In this document: positions 1 to 8,672 of the stretch, one piece after another
Layout: each line of letters starts with the position of its first letter
Position numbering within the stretch: the first letter of the stretch is position 1
Origin: an uncultured Dehalococcoidales bacterium
Lineage (GTDB): Bacteria > Chloroflexota > Dehalococcoidia > Dehalococcoidales > UBA5760
Direction of reading: 5' to 3'
Length of the DNA: 64,000 nucleotides
Assembly: GCA_964472625.1 (NCBI GenBank)
Contig: CAYYLM010000003.1
Location: forward strand, 33,294 to 97,293
Notes under the pieces: model-generated
The model's input: the letters and a program-made list of their open reading frames with translations, nothing else
The model's database searches: none
What the model was told of the DNA's origin: nothing
Made by a program: the position numbers and the translations under genes

Positions 1-904
1 TTTTTAGCATCCGGTCGACGGCTAGTTTAGCCTTAAACCTAGTTTCTTCTGGAACCTTTACCTCAGGAGACAACTCCTCGAGGGACCATAGTATCTTTTC
101 CAGATTTATCTTCTTCATGTTGGGGCAGACAGCCCGCTCGGAAGCGGGTAGGAACCTTTTATTTGGGTTTTCCTTCCTGAGTCGATGCAGAATCCCAATT
201 TCGGTACCGACAATTATTAGCCCGGCATCTGTCCTTTGGGCAAAACCAATCATCCCGCTGGTGCTTAATACCTCGTCGGCAAGGGTAATCACCCCCGGCC
301 GGCACTCCGGATGAACGATTATCTTAGCCTCAGGATAGCGTTGCTTCAGTCTGAGGATATCCTCCGGCATTATCCTAGCATGAGTGGGGCAGTATCCTGG
401 CCAGAGTGTCAATTTCTTATCGGTCTTGGTTGCGACGTAATGGCCCAGATACTGGTCGGGGATGAACAATATCTCGTCACTATCAAGGCTTTCAACCACC
501 CTGACGGCGTTGGCCGAGGTACAGCAGATGTCCGATCCCGCCTTGACCTCCGCTGAAGAGTTAACATAGCAGACAGTACTGGCATGAGCTAGCTCTCTCT
601 TTCTGTACCTAAGCTGGTTAGCAGTGACCATGTTGGCCATGGGACAGCCCGCATTTATGTCGGGGAGCAGGACGGTCTTATCCGGGCTGAGAATAGAGGC
701 TGTCTCTGCCATGAAGTGTACGCCGCAAAAGACGATTACTTTGGCATCCGTCTTGGTAGCCGCCTGGCTCAGGTCTAAAGAGTCGCCGACAAAATCGGCG
801 ATATCCTGAACCTCACCCGCCTGATAGTTGTGAGCCAGGATAACCGCTCGCCTTTGTCCCTTGAGGTCAAGTATCCTTTCGATTAGTTCATTATCGTTTT
901 CCAT
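1..904 (-). CDS. nadA: quinolinate synthase NadA; C-terminal end runs off the window start
   Basis: Absent from the ORF track because no stop lies in the window. My translation of the minus strand from ATG (904..902) gives MENDNELIERILDLKGQRRAVILAHNYQAGEVQDIADFVGDSLDLSQ...KVIVFCGVHFMAETASIL...IIVHPEC..., a typical NadA. Plus-strand track ORFs 117..809 are its shadows. Confidence 0.85.
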   Translation of the reverse strand, partial: MENDNELIERILDLKGQRRAVILAHNYQAGEVQDIADFVGDSLDLSQAATKTDAKVIVFCGVHFMAETASILSPDKTVLLPDINAGCPMANMVTANQLRYRKRELAHASTVCYVNSSAEVKAGSDICCTSANAVRVVESLDSDEILFIPDQYLGHYVATKTDKKLTLWPGYCPTHARIMPEDILRLKQRYPEAKIIVHPECRPGVITLADEVLSTSGMIGFAQRTDAGLIIVGTEIGILHRLRKENPNKRFLPASERAVCPNMKKINLEKILWSLEELSPEVKVPEETRFKAKLAVDRMLK

Positions 905-954
905 TGGTAGTCACTCCGACAGGATACTTCTTGGCAAAATCCTCCGGTAATGTT

Positions 955-984
955 ATTGTATATAAAGTCGATAAAAATAGTCAA
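955..984 (-). promoter_or_regulatory. sigma70-like promoter candidate for nadA
   Basis: Minus strand reads TTGACT (984..979), 18-nt spacer, TACAAT (960..955), about 50 nt upstream of the nadA ATG. Confidence 0.3.
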
Positions 985-1130
985 GTATTAAGGTGGTTGA
1001 GTGAAACTCTGCGTCCCATGAGGTATAATCGTGCCTGAGAATCTTTCATTTGCCGCCAATTTATCCAAATGAGGTGCCGGCAACAAAATAGGTTAGGTAG
1101 CAGAGCTTGGGGTGGGGTTTTCCAGGGGTT

Positions 1131-1718
1131 TCATATTCCCAGTATCTGACGCTTCTTAGCCGCGAATTCCTCTTCAGTGATAATACCCTTACTTCTTAGT
1201 GCTGCCAGCTGTTCCAGCTCTTCAATATAGGATGCTGTACTCGGCTTATGTTTGGGAACGATTGTCCTTGGAGCCGCCATCTTTGTCTCTATGGCCACTT
1301 TTATCCGATCAAACTCTGGCTGACGGGCACCTCTAAACATCACCGTATTCTCATCCCGAGACGGGTCAGTTCCCCGGGTTTCATTCCCGCCGAGCAAAGA
1401 AAAATGGATATAGCCACTGCCAAGCGTAGTCGCCCTCTTCAGACGTACCGAGGAGATCTGTGAAAATAATATGTCTTTCTGGCCCTTAAACCCCTGACTG
1501 AGAAAGGTTTTTTCCTCCTTCCGCTGTATGCGGACCCTGTCTTCTAGGAGTAACAGGTTAGCATTGATGCCTTCGGCTCTCATCGAGATGGGGCTCATGA
1601 GTTGCCCCTTGCCCTGTATTAGGCGTTGACCCTGGTCAATTGAGGCAGCAAATTCGTCAAGATACTTCTGTCTTTCTTCCGGCGTGAGACTCATTTTCTT
1701 TAGTCCGTCTACTCTCAC
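1131..1718 (-). CDS. bacterial PH-like domain protein with C-terminal SHOCT domain
   Basis: The C-terminus YIEELEQLAALRSKGIITEEEFAAKKRQILG is a textbook SHOCT motif. The central GYIHFSLLGG...ENTVMFRGARQPEFDRIKVAIE resembles bPH/DUF4429-type domains. The start is uncertain (GTG 1718 or ATG 1694). Confidence 0.6.
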   Translation of the reverse strand: MRVDGLKKMSLTPEERQKYLDEFAASIDQGQRLIQGKGQLMSPISMRAEGINANLLLLEDRVRIQRKEEKTFLSQGFKGQKDILFSQISSVRLKRATTLGSGYIHFSLLGGNETRGTDPSRDENTVMFRGARQPEFDRIKVAIETKMAAPRTIVPKHKPSTASYIEELEQLAALRSKGIITEEEFAAKKRQILGI

Positions 1719-2561
1719 CTAAACGAAATCTGGACTAGCTGGCTATGCCACTAAATTATTATACCAGAATAACCTGCTCGATAACACATGGCTAGCCGTA
1801 TGCCAAGAGTAAACAGGATTAATCTTGCCTTGAAGGTCTCACCTACCCCACTGGAGAGGGGGTGCTGGAGGTGTCTAGTGAAAAGAAAACAGGGTTTACC
1901 GTAAAACTAACTGACAATTTTGAAGTCCGAGGCATCTTAAGGAAGGAGACAAGCAACTATCAGGTAGGTTGCCAGCGGGAGAAAGGGGGCTAAGTGAGGA
2001 ATAAAAGATGCTCTATTCCGAGGTCGCGCTACTTGACAAGTTGATATCTAGACTAGCGGAAGGAATGGGCCTGGTGCCAATAACTGCTTTTAGTCCGGTT
2101 CCACAAGTAGGCATACCGCTCCCTATTAGACATGGTAAGCCATCTTACTCGGAACCAGAGCCTTCTTAGGTAATTAACCATTGTGGCATTCATAGCAACG
2201 CCTCCTCTCCTAGCTGCCAGGCTGATATGGCAGCACTAACCCCCCAGCCACCTCCGGTTAGTCTAAAATTGACAGATGTCTATATTTTAACCTTAATATG
2301 TCAGTTGTCAATAACCCGTTAGGACTAGCACTTCCTTCAGGGTGCCTTTTCTGGTCAGGAGAGTGCCGTCCAATCTCAGGTTAACCTAGCCCGTACGGTC
2401 AGTGTCCGACCGCAGATGATGAAAGTCCATTTATCCTCAAGCTCAGTGAGATCACCGAAGACTATCCCCCCGCTTACAATTTAGCCGTAGAGTTCGAATC
2501 AGCGTTGACGACCGTATGGTTGAATCTTATAATTCGAGGAAAGATTAGAAAGGAGTATCAG

Positions 2562-3119
2562 ATGTCTCAGGACAGGCTCTCAGTAGTACTAAGGATACTT
2601 GATAGCGAGTCACAGCTTATAGAGCGCGCCGATCGAAAAGCGATTGCGTTACTGTCTATCTTGGGCGTGTTTATGGTCTTTTTCCTCGTCTACTACCGCT
2701 TGGTTCCGGTAAGACCAGTCACGGTCGCTTTAACTGCGTCCTATTTTGTTTTAGCGATATTAGCCATAGCGAGCTTGGTCATGACGGTGCGTCCTAGAAT
2801 CTATCGCCGGGAAGAGGCGGAAAGCCGGGGTGCAGATAATACGCCTTCGTGTGACCCCGCCTTTTTTGGTGAAATCTGCAAATTCTCTAGTCTATCGGCC
2901 TATAGAAAGGCGCTTGAGGATATGGTGAGTGATGAATTAAGCATCTTTAATATCTATACAGGACAGATCTTTAATCTAGCTCAAATAAATACTGTAAAAT
3001 ACCGGCATTTACAACGCGCCACATTCATCACTATCGCCGCACTGGCGGTAGAACTTAGTATCATTATTTACCTGTTTGCTAGTTACATGGGAGTGGGCAT
3101 AATGCCCCCGATTATCTAA
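2562..3119 (+). CDS. small multi-TM membrane protein resembling the Pycsar TM-effector domain (DUF5706-like)
   Basis: AAAGGAG lies 7 nt before ATG 2562; the track ORF starts further upstream at TTG 2505. Layout is an N-terminal helix with ADRKA motif, two adjacent TM helices, a soluble linker (FFGEICKF...YTGQIFNLAQINTVKYRHLQRA) and a C-terminal TM helix. The family pattern is recalled from memory and not searched. Confidence 0.5.
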   Translation: MSQDRLSVVLRILDSESQLIERADRKAIALLSILGVFMVFFLVYYRLVPVRPVTVALTASYFVLAILAIASLVMTVRPRIYRREEAESRGADNTPSCDPAFFGEICKFSSLSAYRKALEDMVSDELSIFNIYTGQIFNLAQINTVKYRHLQRATFITIAALAVELSIIIYLFASYMGVGIMPPII

Positions 3120-3123
3120 CTCA

Positions 3124-3798
3124 TCACTTGGCCGGTTTTTGCCCAGAGACGGTAAAGCCCCAGAAATTCTTATCGATAGCCCAATTCTGGAGCTTGGTTC
3201 TGCTGAGCATGACCTGCATCTCGCTAACCGTGTAAGAGGCCTCGATTGCCGATAGGCAGGTGGGACGCATTTCCTCTGGCTGAGTTTGAGCCCATAGAAA
3301 CCGCTTGACCCGAGGCCTCATGTCACGTCTGAGGTCAACAATGCAGTATCGGCCACCTGACCTTAAAACCCGGTTGATTTCACTAAGGATCGGTTCCGGA
3401 TGTGCCCATTCGTGTAAGGAGCAGTTAGAAAAGACAGCGTCGAAATGCTCATCTTCAAACGGCATCTGGCTGGCATCTGCCTTGACATACTCAACCCTAT
3501 CTGATAGGCCATATTGGTTAGCGTGCTTTCTGGCGGTGGCTATCATACTCTCATCAAAATCCAGGCACTTCAGGGTAGTGCCCTCGGTACTTTTGAGCCA
3601 CTCCAGTCCAAGGTATCCCGGCCCGGAGCCAACCTCAAGAACCAGACCAGAGGTAATCCCGCTTCTCATGATCGGCGCCAGATACTGGGCTTTAAGCCAG
3701 CCTTCAGTCAACATGAAGTGCGTCATATCATCATAGATCCGGGCAAAAAAGCCTCGCCTCTCCTTGAGGTCGGTTTGAGGTGTTCTCGCCTCTGTCAT
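3124..3798 (-). CDS. class I SAM-dependent methyltransferase
   Basis: VLEVGSGPGYLG SAM motif I, DAVFSNCSLHEW and LRSGGRYCIVD motifs (Methyltransf_11-like). Confidence 0.8.
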   Translation of the reverse strand: MTEARTPQTDLKERRGFFARIYDDMTHFMLTEGWLKAQYLAPIMRSGITSGLVLEVGSGPGYLGLEWLKSTEGTTLKCLDFDESMIATARKHANQYGLSDRVEYVKADASQMPFEDEHFDAVFSNCSLHEWAHPEPILSEINRVLRSGGRYCIVDLRRDMRPRVKRFLWAQTQPEEMRPTCLSAIEASYTVSEMQVMLSRTKLQNWAIDKNFWGFTVSGQKPAK

Positions 3799-3826
3799 CT
3801 TAGCCTCCGTATTTTGGGATTTTTAA

Positions 3827-4570
3827 TCATCTCGCCTCTTTAGCTAGCAAAGAAGGCTTCTTACCTTCCTCTACCGCCAGCAACTCTTCGGGGGAGCCCT
3901 CGAAGATAGCTCGGCCATCTTCAATAACGTATCCCCGGTCAACGATATTAATGACCCGCTCAAGCTTTTGGTCAATCAAAAGGACGGTAACCCCCCGCTC
4001 CCGTAGCTCAGCAATTGCCCTAACCACCTTTTTTACCAGTTTGGGGGCCAGTCCTAGGGTGGGACAATCCAGCAGGAGCAATTTCGGGTGAGACATGAGG
4101 GCTCGGCCGATGGCCAGCATCTGCTGTTCCCCTCCGGAGAGGGTCCCCGCGTACTGCTTTTGCCTCTCTTCAAGAACCGGGAAAAGCTGATATACCATCT
4201 GAATATCCGCCGCTATGCCGTCTTGCCCATCTTTGCCACGTCGGTGGTAAGCCCCCAGGATGAGGTTATCGCTGACACTCATCGCCGGGAAAAGCAACTT
4301 CATTTCATCCACGTAGGATATACCCAGCGACACTACCTTCTCTGGGGGCAGGCTATGAATCGGGAGCTTACCGAAGAGCACCTCGCCGCCAACTACCGGG
4401 ATAAGACCGCAAGCTGCTTTCAGCACCGCCGTCTTACCGGAGCCATGATGCCCGATAAGAACGACAATTTCCCCCTGCCTGACATGGAGAGACACACCGC
4501 GCAGGGCCGGCACCGACCCATAACTAGCCTGGACATTATTCATCTGTAGTAGAGTGTCATTTTCTCGCAT
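3827..4570 (-). CDS. livF: branched-chain amino acid ABC transporter ATP-binding protein (LivF-type)
   Basis: Walker A GHHGSGKT, signature LSGGEQQML, Walker B LLLLD. I prefer the start at MRENDTLLQMNNV (4570), 8 nt after the livG stop, over the track start at 4621. Confidence 0.8.
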   Translation of the reverse strand: MRENDTLLQMNNVQASYGSVPALRGVSLHVRQGEIVVLIGHHGSGKTAVLKAACGLIPVVGGEVLFGKLPIHSLPPEKVVSLGISYVDEMKLLFPAMSVSDNLILGAYHRRGKDGQDGIAADIQMVYQLFPVLEERQKQYAGTLSGGEQQMLAIGRALMSHPKLLLLDCPTLGLAPKLVKKVVRAIAELRERGVTVLLIDQKLERVINIVDRGYVIEDGRAIFEGSPEELLAVEEGKKPSLLAKEAR

Positions 4571-4577
4571 CACGATA

Positions 4578-5429
4578 TTAGCTCCCCTCGTCCTCCAACT
4601 GCTCGCCACCCAGGTAAGCATCTATCACCCGCTTGTTCTTCTGTATCTCAATCGGGGTGCCCTCGGCAATCTTCTCCCCATAATCGAGAACAATTACCTG
4701 ACTGGCAATCCCCATTAATATATCGGTTAGATGCTCCACAATCAAGATGGTCATCCCCTGACTCTGAAGTTCGAAAATCAACTGATTCAGCTTATCTACT
4801 TCGTCTGACAGTAGCCCACTGTAAGGCTCGTCCAGAAGCAGCAGCTCGGAACCGGTAGCCAAAGCCCGGGCCAGTCCCACGAGCTTCTGTTGGCCCCAAG
4901 AGAGACTACCTGGTGGGCTTAAGGCCTTCTCCCTTAAGCCCACCAGGGATAACTGTTTCATGGCGGCCTCAAAAACACTCTGCTCATCAGCCCTGGCTCG
5001 AGCTAATCTCAGTCCAGAGCTCATGAAGTCGGTCTTCGCCTGCAAGTGGCAACCAACCATAACATTCTCGACAACTGTCATATTACGGAAGAGCTGTGTA
5101 TCCTGAAAAAGCTGGCTTATACCAAGTGCCGCGATTTGGTGGGGGGTCATCCCATTTATCTTTTGCCCCTTGAACCAGATTTCCCCCTCAGCGAGGGGCA
5201 GCAGTCCGCTGATAATCTTAAGTAAGGTAGATTTCCCGGCTCCGTTGGGGCCGATCATAACCAGAATATTTCCCCGGGCAACCGAAAAGCTCACCTTTTT
5301 GAGGACGGTAAGAACGCCAAAGGACTTGGATACATTGCTTACCTCAAGCAGGCGCGTATCATCGGTGCTTCTTTCCCGCCTCCTTCGGGGCATGATTACG
5401 GTCCTGATACCGGCTAGGTTAGCTTTCAT
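4578..5429 (-). CDS. livG: branched-chain amino acid ABC transporter ATP-binding protein (LivG-type)
   Basis: GPNGAGKST, LSWGQQKLVGLARAL, LLLLDEP. An alternative start is at MPRRRR (5393). Confidence 0.8.
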   Translation of the reverse strand: MKANLAGIRTVIMPRRRRERSTDDTRLLEVSNVSKSFGVLTVLKKVSFSVARGNILVMIGPNGAGKSTLLKIISGLLPLAEGEIWFKGQKINGMTPHQIAALGISQLFQDTQLFRNMTVVENVMVGCHLQAKTDFMSSGLRLARARADEQSVFEAAMKQLSLVGLREKALSPPGSLSWGQQKLVGLARALATGSELLLLDEPYSGLLSDEVDKLNQLIFELQSQGMTILIVEHLTDILMGIASQVIVLDYGEKIAEGTPIEIQKNKRVIDAYLGGEQLEDEGS

Positions 5430-6456
5430 CTAACACCGCCCTCTTTCTGGGTGCTGCTCTACGCACTATTGAAATTAGCCCCTGAGGCATAAAGAGCAGG
5501 GCCACCACTAAGATGATACCATAAGCAATGAGCTCGTAGGAACCGCTGAGACCACCAACTAGGACCGGGATGGATTCCCGTAACAGCTGACGTAAACCCA
5601 CGATGAGACCAGCTCCCAGAAAAGCACCCCAAGGACTTGACCGGCCGCCAATAATGGCCATTAGGGCTACCATGGCAGAAAGCTGCACCGTAAAGGTACC
5701 GGGTTCTATGATCCGAGTGTAATGAGCATAGGCACTGCCGGCTAGGCTAGCATAGACTGCACTCAGGACAAAAACCCACACCTTGTATTTCGTTACGTCA
5801 ACTCCTACAACCTGGGCCGCATCCTCGCTACCACCGGCGTGGACATTCAGCGCCCTTAGGGCCCTCCCCGGCCGGGAATCAGCTAGGTTCAAGGAAAAGG
5901 TGAGCAGGAGAATGGCTATTATCCATATCAGGTAGTAATTAAAGAATAGATTTTGAGAGGTAAAGGGGCCTAGTGACAGGGGCGGGATGCTCATCATGCC
6001 CATGGTACCACCCGTCAGGTCTATCAGGCTGCTAACCAGATAGTAGAACACCAAATTCAGGGCCAGGGTTACCCCAGCCAGAATAAGACCGTGCAGCTTG
6101 AACATGAATCGGCCGATAAAGGCGGCGATACCCCCGGTAATAAGCGCCGCCAGAAAGAGGGCTGGCCAGGGAACAAAGTCATACTTTGTGGTCAGGATGC
6201 CGGAAATATAGGCGCCACAGCCGAAAAAGGCAGCGTGCCCCAGAGATATCTGACCAGCCAGACCCATAAGCATAATAAGCCCCATGGTTATGATAGAATA
6301 AAGCCCAATATCCACCATAACCGTAATGGGGTAGGGGCTAGCTCCCAAGGGTATGGTCAGCAGGACGATGGCAAACAGGGCGAGCACCAGATTCTGGCGC
6401 TTTGCTGTCGCCACCCTTTTAGGTATTTCTCTAATGACCCTGGTGTTGGCTAACAT
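5419..6456 (-). CDS. livM: branched-chain amino acid ABC transporter permease (LivM-type)
   Basis: Polytopic membrane ORF with GQISLGHAAFFGCGAY motif, in a Liv operon context. Confidence 0.8.
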   Translation of the reverse strand: MLANTRVIREIPKRVATAKRQNLVLALFAIVLLTIPLGASPYPITVMVDIGLYSIITMGLIMLMGLAGQISLGHAAFFGCGAYISGILTTKYDFVPWPALFLAALITGGIAAFIGRFMFKLHGLILAGVTLALNLVFYYLVSSLIDLTGGTMGMMSIPPLSLGPFTSQNLFFNYYLIWIIAILLLTFSLNLADSRPGRALRALNVHAGGSEDAAQVVGVDVTKYKVWVFVLSAVYASLAGSAYAHYTRIIEPGTFTVQLSAMVALMAIIGGRSSPWGAFLGAGLIVGLRQLLRESIPVLVGGLSGSYELIAYGIILVVALLFMPQGLISIVRRAAPRKRAVLDES

Positions 6457-6458
6457 CC

Positions 6459-7331
6459 CTATCCTTGTCCGGCGGTAACTAATAAGCCACGGCGTCGAGA
6501 TAAAAAGATGACCACCAAAATTAATAACGCGATAGCATTATGATACCCGCCCGGTATCACTCCCGCCGTTATTGCTTCAATCATTCCATAAATAAAACCA
6601 CCCAGTATGACACCTTCAGCCCTGGTTATCCCGCCCACAAAGGCGGCCAGGAGCCCTTTAGCGGCTAGTGGTAAGCCCATGCTATAGGAAGTCATCGTTA
6701 GTGGGGTTATCAGGGCACCGACGACAGCACCCAGACCGGCAGCCAGAATGAAGGAGAACAGGGCCATTCTCTCTATGCTTATCCCCATCAACCTTGCCCC
6801 TAGGGGTTCATTGGCACAGGCGCGCAGGGCTTTGCCTTGGATGGTACGCCCAAAATAGAAGAACAGTCCGATCACCATGAGCAGGGTAATCCCGATAACC
6901 CAGGGGGTCTGTCCGAAGATAGTTGCTCCCCACAGCTGAATACTCGGCGTGTCCAAGAAAGCAGGCAGAATCCTGAATTCCCATCCCCAGACACGGAGCG
7001 CTACTCCCTCAATAATGAAGGTAAAACCAAGGGTAAGGAAGACCTTGGTCGCGCCTGAGGCATTCCGCGCCGGGTAGATAATAAACCGGTAGAACCCGGC
7101 GCCGACCAAGCCCGTAATTACCACCGCCAAAGCGATGCTGGCCGGGAGCGGTATGCCCGTGGTGTAGAAGCTAACCGTGAGCATGCCACCGAGCATCACA
7201 AACTCGCCCTGAGCCAGGTTAAGCACCCGGGTGACACTATAAACCACGAAAAAACCCAAGCCCAAGGCGGTATAGATGCTGCCCAGATTTAAGCCGCTAA
7301 AGAAGATCTGCAGAGCAGTCGAAAAGTCCAA
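6459..7331 (-). CDS. livH: branched-chain amino acid ABC transporter permease (LivH-type)
   Basis: Polytopic membrane ORF with LNLAQGEFVMLG motif; 2-nt gap to livM. Confidence 0.8.
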   Translation of the reverse strand: MDFSTALQIFFSGLNLGSIYTALGLGFFVVYSVTRVLNLAQGEFVMLGGMLTVSFYTTGIPLPASIALAVVITGLVGAGFYRFIIYPARNASGATKVFLTLGFTFIIEGVALRVWGWEFRILPAFLDTPSIQLWGATIFGQTPWVIGITLLMVIGLFFYFGRTIQGKALRACANEPLGARLMGISIERMALFSFILAAGLGAVVGALITPLTMTSYSMGLPLAAKGLLAAFVGGITRAEGVILGGFIYGMIEAITAGVIPGGYHNAIALLILVVIFLSRRRGLLVTAGQG

Positions 7332-7370
7332 GCTGCCCCCGATGAATATTTGCTAAGCGTACCACACGCT

Positions 7371-8555
7371 CTATGGTGCGAGAACCATCTCGCCATCCTT
7401 GAAGGTAACTATGACCAAAGTCTGCTCAACCTGACCAAAATGGTCCTCCGGCGACATAGTATAAACGGAGGTCAAGAGTTGGAGGTTCTCGGTACTCTCA
7501 AGGGCATCCCTCAGTTGGCTCCTGATTTCCGTCACATCGGTGGAGGTTGTCCCCATTCTCTTTAAGCCATCTTCAATAAACGTGATGTACTGGGCACCGA
7601 GCATCTGCCATAGGGAAGGACTATGGTCGTAGCGTTCCGTGAAGAGCTGAGTAAAGTCACGGTATAGCGCTTTGTAGCGGTCGCTGTCGGGGAGCTGCTC
7701 CCAGATGTCCATTTTGGTTGTGGAAGCCAAGAGAGGAGGCTCCATCTTATAGTATTCCCCAAACGATGCTAACGCGTCTGGCATTACCTGCGGTGGTGTA
7801 GCCATAATTGGAAGCGAGATACCTAATTCTCTGGCCTGCTTAACCGCCATGTTAGCGGTGGGGCTGCTCCCCCAGACAAATATCAATTGAGCTTCAGAGT
7901 TCTTGATGTTGGTTAACTGGGTGGTTAAATCAGTAGCCCCGGGGTCAAAATACTGCTCCTCAACAATAGTCAGATTGTAGCTTGGGCTGCGCTGAGGCAG
8001 GTATACCTTGCCCCCCTGACCATAGCCACTGTTTTCTAGCAGCGTGGCATACTCAGAAATACCCATCTCCTGGCTCATGTACTCAAGGCTTAGCGCAATG
8101 TAGTTATCCTCCGTTCCAGCCGGTCGGAAGACCCATGCCCCAAGCTGGTCATCGAGCAAACCTGTCCCAGAGAGTATCACCGTCGGCACCCCTGACTCAT
8201 TAGCCACCGGCACTATGCTCATTCCTAGAGCCGTTACCGTGCCCTCTATAAGAGCATGGACCTGGTCTACCTCGATAAGCTTCTTGACCACCAGGGTTGT
8301 CTCGGTAGCCTCGCTTTTGTTGTCATAGATGACAACCTCCAGCGGGATGCCGTTTACACCACCTGCCTCATTGACATTGTCAACCATGAGCTCCATGCCC
8401 TCCAAAAACTGGGACCCCAGGCCAGCATAGCTTCCTGTCTGAGCGACAGCAACTCCTATCTTGTAGGATGCTACCGACTCAGCTTTCTTACAGGACACTA
8501 GTCCGCCGATGAGGAAGACAGCCGCCACTAGTCCGAGAACTATTTTTTTGGTCAT
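7371..8555 (-). CDS. Liv-type periplasmic/lipoprotein substrate-binding protein, copy 1
   Basis: Lipoprotein signal (LIGGLVSCKK); YKIGVAVAQTGSYAGLG is typical of type I PBPs (Peripla_BP_6-like). Confidence 0.8.
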   Translation of the reverse strand: MTKKIVLGLVAAVFLIGGLVSCKKAESVASYKIGVAVAQTGSYAGLGSQFLEGMELMVDNVNEAGGVNGIPLEVVIYDNKSEATETTLVVKKLIEVDQVHALIEGTVTALGMSIVPVANESGVPTVILSGTGLLDDQLGAWVFRPAGTEDNYIALSLEYMSQEMGISEYATLLENSGYGQGGKVYLPQRSPSYNLTIVEEQYFDPGATDLTTQLTNIKNSEAQLIFVWGSSPTANMAVKQARELGISLPIMATPPQVMPDALASFGEYYKMEPPLLASTTKMDIWEQLPDSDRYKALYRDFTQLFTERYDHSPSLWQMLGAQYITFIEDGLKRMGTTSTDVTEIRSQLRDALESTENLQLLTSVYTMSPEDHFGQVEQTLVIVTFKDGEMVLAP

Positions 8556-8672
8556 AACTTTAACTCCTTTGGTATTTGTTAAACTGTTAAGTATTATACC
8601 AAGTGCTACAGAGGTTAACCATCAGCATTTCACATTTTATGGCGAACTCTGCCTGTAGAACCTAGCCACTAG

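Noticed and set aside
117-809. Three plus-strand track ORFs (117..314, 311..556, 624..809)
   Set aside because: They lie antisense or out of frame within a clear minus-strand nadA reading frame, and their translations are low-complexity with no family resemblance.
1850-2010. RNase P RNA-like words (GAAGTCCGAGGC, GGTTGCCAGC) in the ORF-free gap
   Set aside because: The canonical GAGGAAAGUCCGGGC P4 strand, the GGUAAGAGCGCACC region and the 3' ACAGAACCCGGCUUA strand are absent. The resemblance is limited to short words.
2455-2510. T-loop-like GAGTTCGAATCAGCG suggesting a tRNA or tmRNA 3' end
   Set aside because: The flanking bases cannot form a T-stem or acceptor stem, and there is no CCA or tag-ORF context.
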